Below, in pieces: positions 56,828-59,258 of a stretch of 59,258 bases of DNA (within the stretch, counting starts at the first letter, position 1; every line of letters begins with the position of its first letter). Made by a program: the position numbers and the translations under genes. Source of the stretch: a virus (Duplodnaviria; Caudoviricetes). The stretch lies in the IMG/VR virus record IMGVR_UViG_3300033153_002543, positions 1 through 59,258 of that record; one strand, written 5' to 3'. Below the pieces are notes generated by a model. That model was given only the letters and a program-made list of their open reading frames with translations, ran no database searches and was not told where the DNA came from.

Positions 56828-58849
56828 TTAACCCCAAACCTCCAAAATTACTCTTTTATCTGTAGGATACTCTTCCAGCCCTATTATTACTACTCGGTTT
56901 CCAGGGTATGTAAAACCATACCTAGAATGCTGTACTGTTATCACATCACCAATATTTAATGTAAATGGTGATGTAACTGTATCTATTTTATATATATATC
57001 TTTTCTGACTTCTTATCGTCGCTCTTCTAATAGCTTCTGTCTCAGCATCTGTGCTGGAATTTATTAATGTAGATACTTGTTCTGTATCAGTAATTAATGG
57101 GTATTCTGTATTTGTCAACCCTGTATACTCTATTATAGTGCTAAACTCAGTTGTAATTTTGTCTAAAAATTCTAAGTTGTCACTTTCTAATACAGATGCC
57201 GCTACGGCGGCTTTATCCTGTACTGTCCAATTCTTATTATACCCTAAATTAATAGACTTTTCAGGTAATTCAATATTTATAAGACTAAAACCTTTTTCTA
57301 TTATTGAATCTTCATCTATAGTTAACTCGGAAGTTTCAAGTAAGGGATCCACAAATCTAAATATTTGTAATACACATAGACGTTCAAATCTTAAATATCC
57401 TCCAACTGAGGAAATAATTTCTGTAACTAAATTTAGTATCGTACTTTCATTTTTAATATATAAACCTAAACTATCAGTATTAGTGAAAGCATTAGATCCA
57501 TTAGGATTAAATGTAGCTGGACATATATCAGTATCTGTAGAACTGTTAACTTCTAAACTAGTTTTCTCTAATATTAAATACTCCATCATAAAAGCTGCAC
57601 TATGTAATACTATATCTGGGATAACTATACTACTTGTATATTGAGTTCTTGTGGCTTGACCAGTTATGTCACAAGTAATTTGTGTACTTTGATCATGCAC
57701 TAATAGTCTAATGCAACCAGCAGCTAAATTTTCTTCATATTGTAATACATATATAGTAGGTGCACTTGTTGGGTACCATATGTCATAACTATGGCCAGTA
57801 ATCCATCCAGCTGTTTGTGCACTTTCATCAGAAGCATTAGTATTAACAGTTACTATTGTAGCTGATGCAGAACTAATTATATATCTAGCTTCATCTAATG
57901 TTGTATTATGTATTACGGCTCTTGAATATCCGTTAGTTGTAAAATCTGCACCTGTTACAGTAATAGTATCATTAGTTATATCAGATACTGTTAAACCTAC
58001 CTCAGCGGTACCACCAGTAGCTGATATTAATGTATCTATATAAGAATCATTAATACCTGTTAATTTAACACCATTAGACCTAATTTCAGTTACTTCTGTA
58101 ATACCATAATTTGTAATATCAGGACATTCATGTATTTGATATACATGATTATAGGTATCTATAAGTAAAGGTTCGATATTAAATACTTTACCTAAACAAA
58201 TAGGTATTAGTGAATTTTCTGTGCCTGTAGGTATACTTCCTAAAGATGTATCAAAATCTAAATAAGTACCTGTTGTATCATATAATCTTTTAGAAAATAT
58301 TGCAGGAAACTTATCATATAGTCCTGTACTACTTATACTATCATTTAAATAATTTAATACATTACTAGTATTCCATAAAGTTTTTTCTTGTGCAGTTACA
58401 TTCAGCACTTCTTTTTTATCTCTTAAACTAATAGATAATAAATGTGGTTGTGGTGCAGTTAATGAATCTATAACACCTTCTAGTATTAATATAAATTGGG
58501 CACGTGTCCAGCTTGGGTCACCAATATATATATTAATAGTATGGCCTTCCCAAGCATTTTCTATACTTAATAAATCATCATACTCACCTTCTGTATTGAG
58601 TAATGTAACATTACCTAATGATTTTGTAGAATTAATTTTAGTACTTATTTTAGATACATCAAATACTATATCATCATATGAAATACTATTAACTGTATTA
58701 CCTAAAATGTTAACAAAGTTTTCCCCATACCTTTGAATGTATGGGTAATCACTAAAGTATTTAGTGTTTAAACTAGTTCCATCATGGTAGGAAATGTCTA
58801 CTAAGATAATCTTATGACTATCTGAATCTAACCATTCTTGCTCTGTCAT
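56828..58849 (-). CDS. tail tip / baseplate hub-like protein
   Basis: IPICLGKVFNIEP; C-terminal IGDVITV.HSRYG; follows the tape-measure-like gene. Confidence 0.7.
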   Translation of the reverse strand: MTEQEWLDSDSHKIILVDISYHDGTSLNTKYFSDYPYIQRYGENFVNILGNTVNSISYDDIVFDVSKISTKINSTKSLGNVTLLNTEGEYDDLLSIENAWEGHTINIYIGDPSWTRAQFILILEGVIDSLTAPQPHLLSISLRDKKEVLNVTAQEKTLWNTSNVLNYLNDSISSTGLYDKFPAIFSKRLYDTTGTYLDFDTSLGSIPTGTENSLIPICLGKVFNIEPLLIDTYNHVYQIHECPDITNYGITEVTEIRSNGVKLTGINDSYIDTLISATGGTAEVGLTVSDITNDTITVTGADFTTNGYSRAVIHNTTLDEARYIISSASATIVTVNTNASDESAQTAGWITGHSYDIWYPTSAPTIYVLQYEENLAAGCIRLLVHDQSTQITCDITGQATRTQYTSSIVIPDIVLHSAAFMMEYLILEKTSLEVNSSTDTDICPATFNPNGSNAFTNTDSLGLYIKNESTILNLVTEIISSVGGYLRFERLCVLQIFRFVDPLLETSELTIDEDSIIEKGFSLINIELPEKSINLGYNKNWTVQDKAAVAASVLESDNLEFLDKITTEFSTIIEYTGLTNTEYPLITDTEQVSTLINSSTDAETEAIRRATIRSQKRYIYKIDTVTSPFTLNIGDVITVQHSRYGFTYPGNRVVIIGLEEYPTDKRVILEVWG

Positions 58850-59258
58850 TTATACTATACCTTTTGTGCTTGCTGTTTGTGAATAACCTAAGTTAACTCC
58901 TACATTATTAGTTGCAACTCTAAGTTCTTCGTTTTTATCAAGCATATCCTCATTCCCAGAAGCTACTACTTGAGTTAATATTCTAATAGCATCTACTACT
59001 TCGCTAGAGTCTCCAGAACCAGAGAAATTCTCTGCCGCCCCATAGATTGAGTCACCACTACGAATAGCTTTAGAAGTATCTGCTGTTAATATTGTTTCAC
59101 CTTTATGTATCATTGCTACTTGATCGTAATTAATTTCTTCAGACCCTTTAGCAAATGAACCCATAGTTGTAAAGAAACCTGTTAGGGATGTATTTAAGTT
59201 GGTTAATTCAGATAATATCGGATCCCAAGAATCGTTATTAATCTCTTGTAATTTATCT
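58850..59258 (-). CDS. C-terminal part of a probable tape measure protein (5' end outside the window)
   Basis: SFAKGS....DQVAMIHKGETILTA motif typical of tape measure C-termini. Confidence 0.7.
   Translation of the reverse strand, partial: DKLQEINNDSWDPILSELTNLNTSLTGFFTTMGSFAKGSEEINYDQVAMIHKGETILTADTSKAIRSGDSIYGAAENFSGSGDSSEVVDAIRILTQVVASGNEDMLDKNEELRVATNNVGVNLGYSQTASTKGIV

Noticed and set aside
30371-57644. Numerous short antisense ORFs within replication and tail genes
   Set aside because: They are fully nested opposite well-supported genes and have low-complexity S/L/I-rich translations.

Overview
AT-rich 59 kb segment of a lytic T5-like (Demerecviridae-like) phage genome. From left to right: a non-coding, repeat-bearing left end with A2-like pre-early genes (1-3.4 kb); many small early ORFs behind strong sigma70-type promoters (4-14 kb); an RNA-rich region (14.5-29 kb) with about 27 tRNAs covering all 20 amino acids plus an amber suppressor, several tRNA-like RNAs, long-stem candidate ncRNAs, a two-piece (permuted) tmRNA and a Ro60/TROVE gene; the T5-type replication block (D3, D2, split NAD ligase, D5, helicase, primase, PolA, D10-D15, dUTPase, class II RNR; 30-50 kb); and, on the minus strand, lysis and tail genes (50-59 kb). 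Two candidate undescribed systems stand out. (1) Four related structured RNAs upstream of the Ro60/TROVE gene share a covarying scaffold (invariant GATTACATC) but carry different inserts, including a circularly permuted tRNA; the last copy occludes the TROVE ribosome-binding site. (2) An amber-suppressor tRNA is followed directly by a leader ORF with an in-frame UAG and a DPPW motif, whose read-through product ends 1 nt before an operon containing a Pth2-like gene. All calls were made by eye from sequence and recalled motifs; no searches or folding programs were run.
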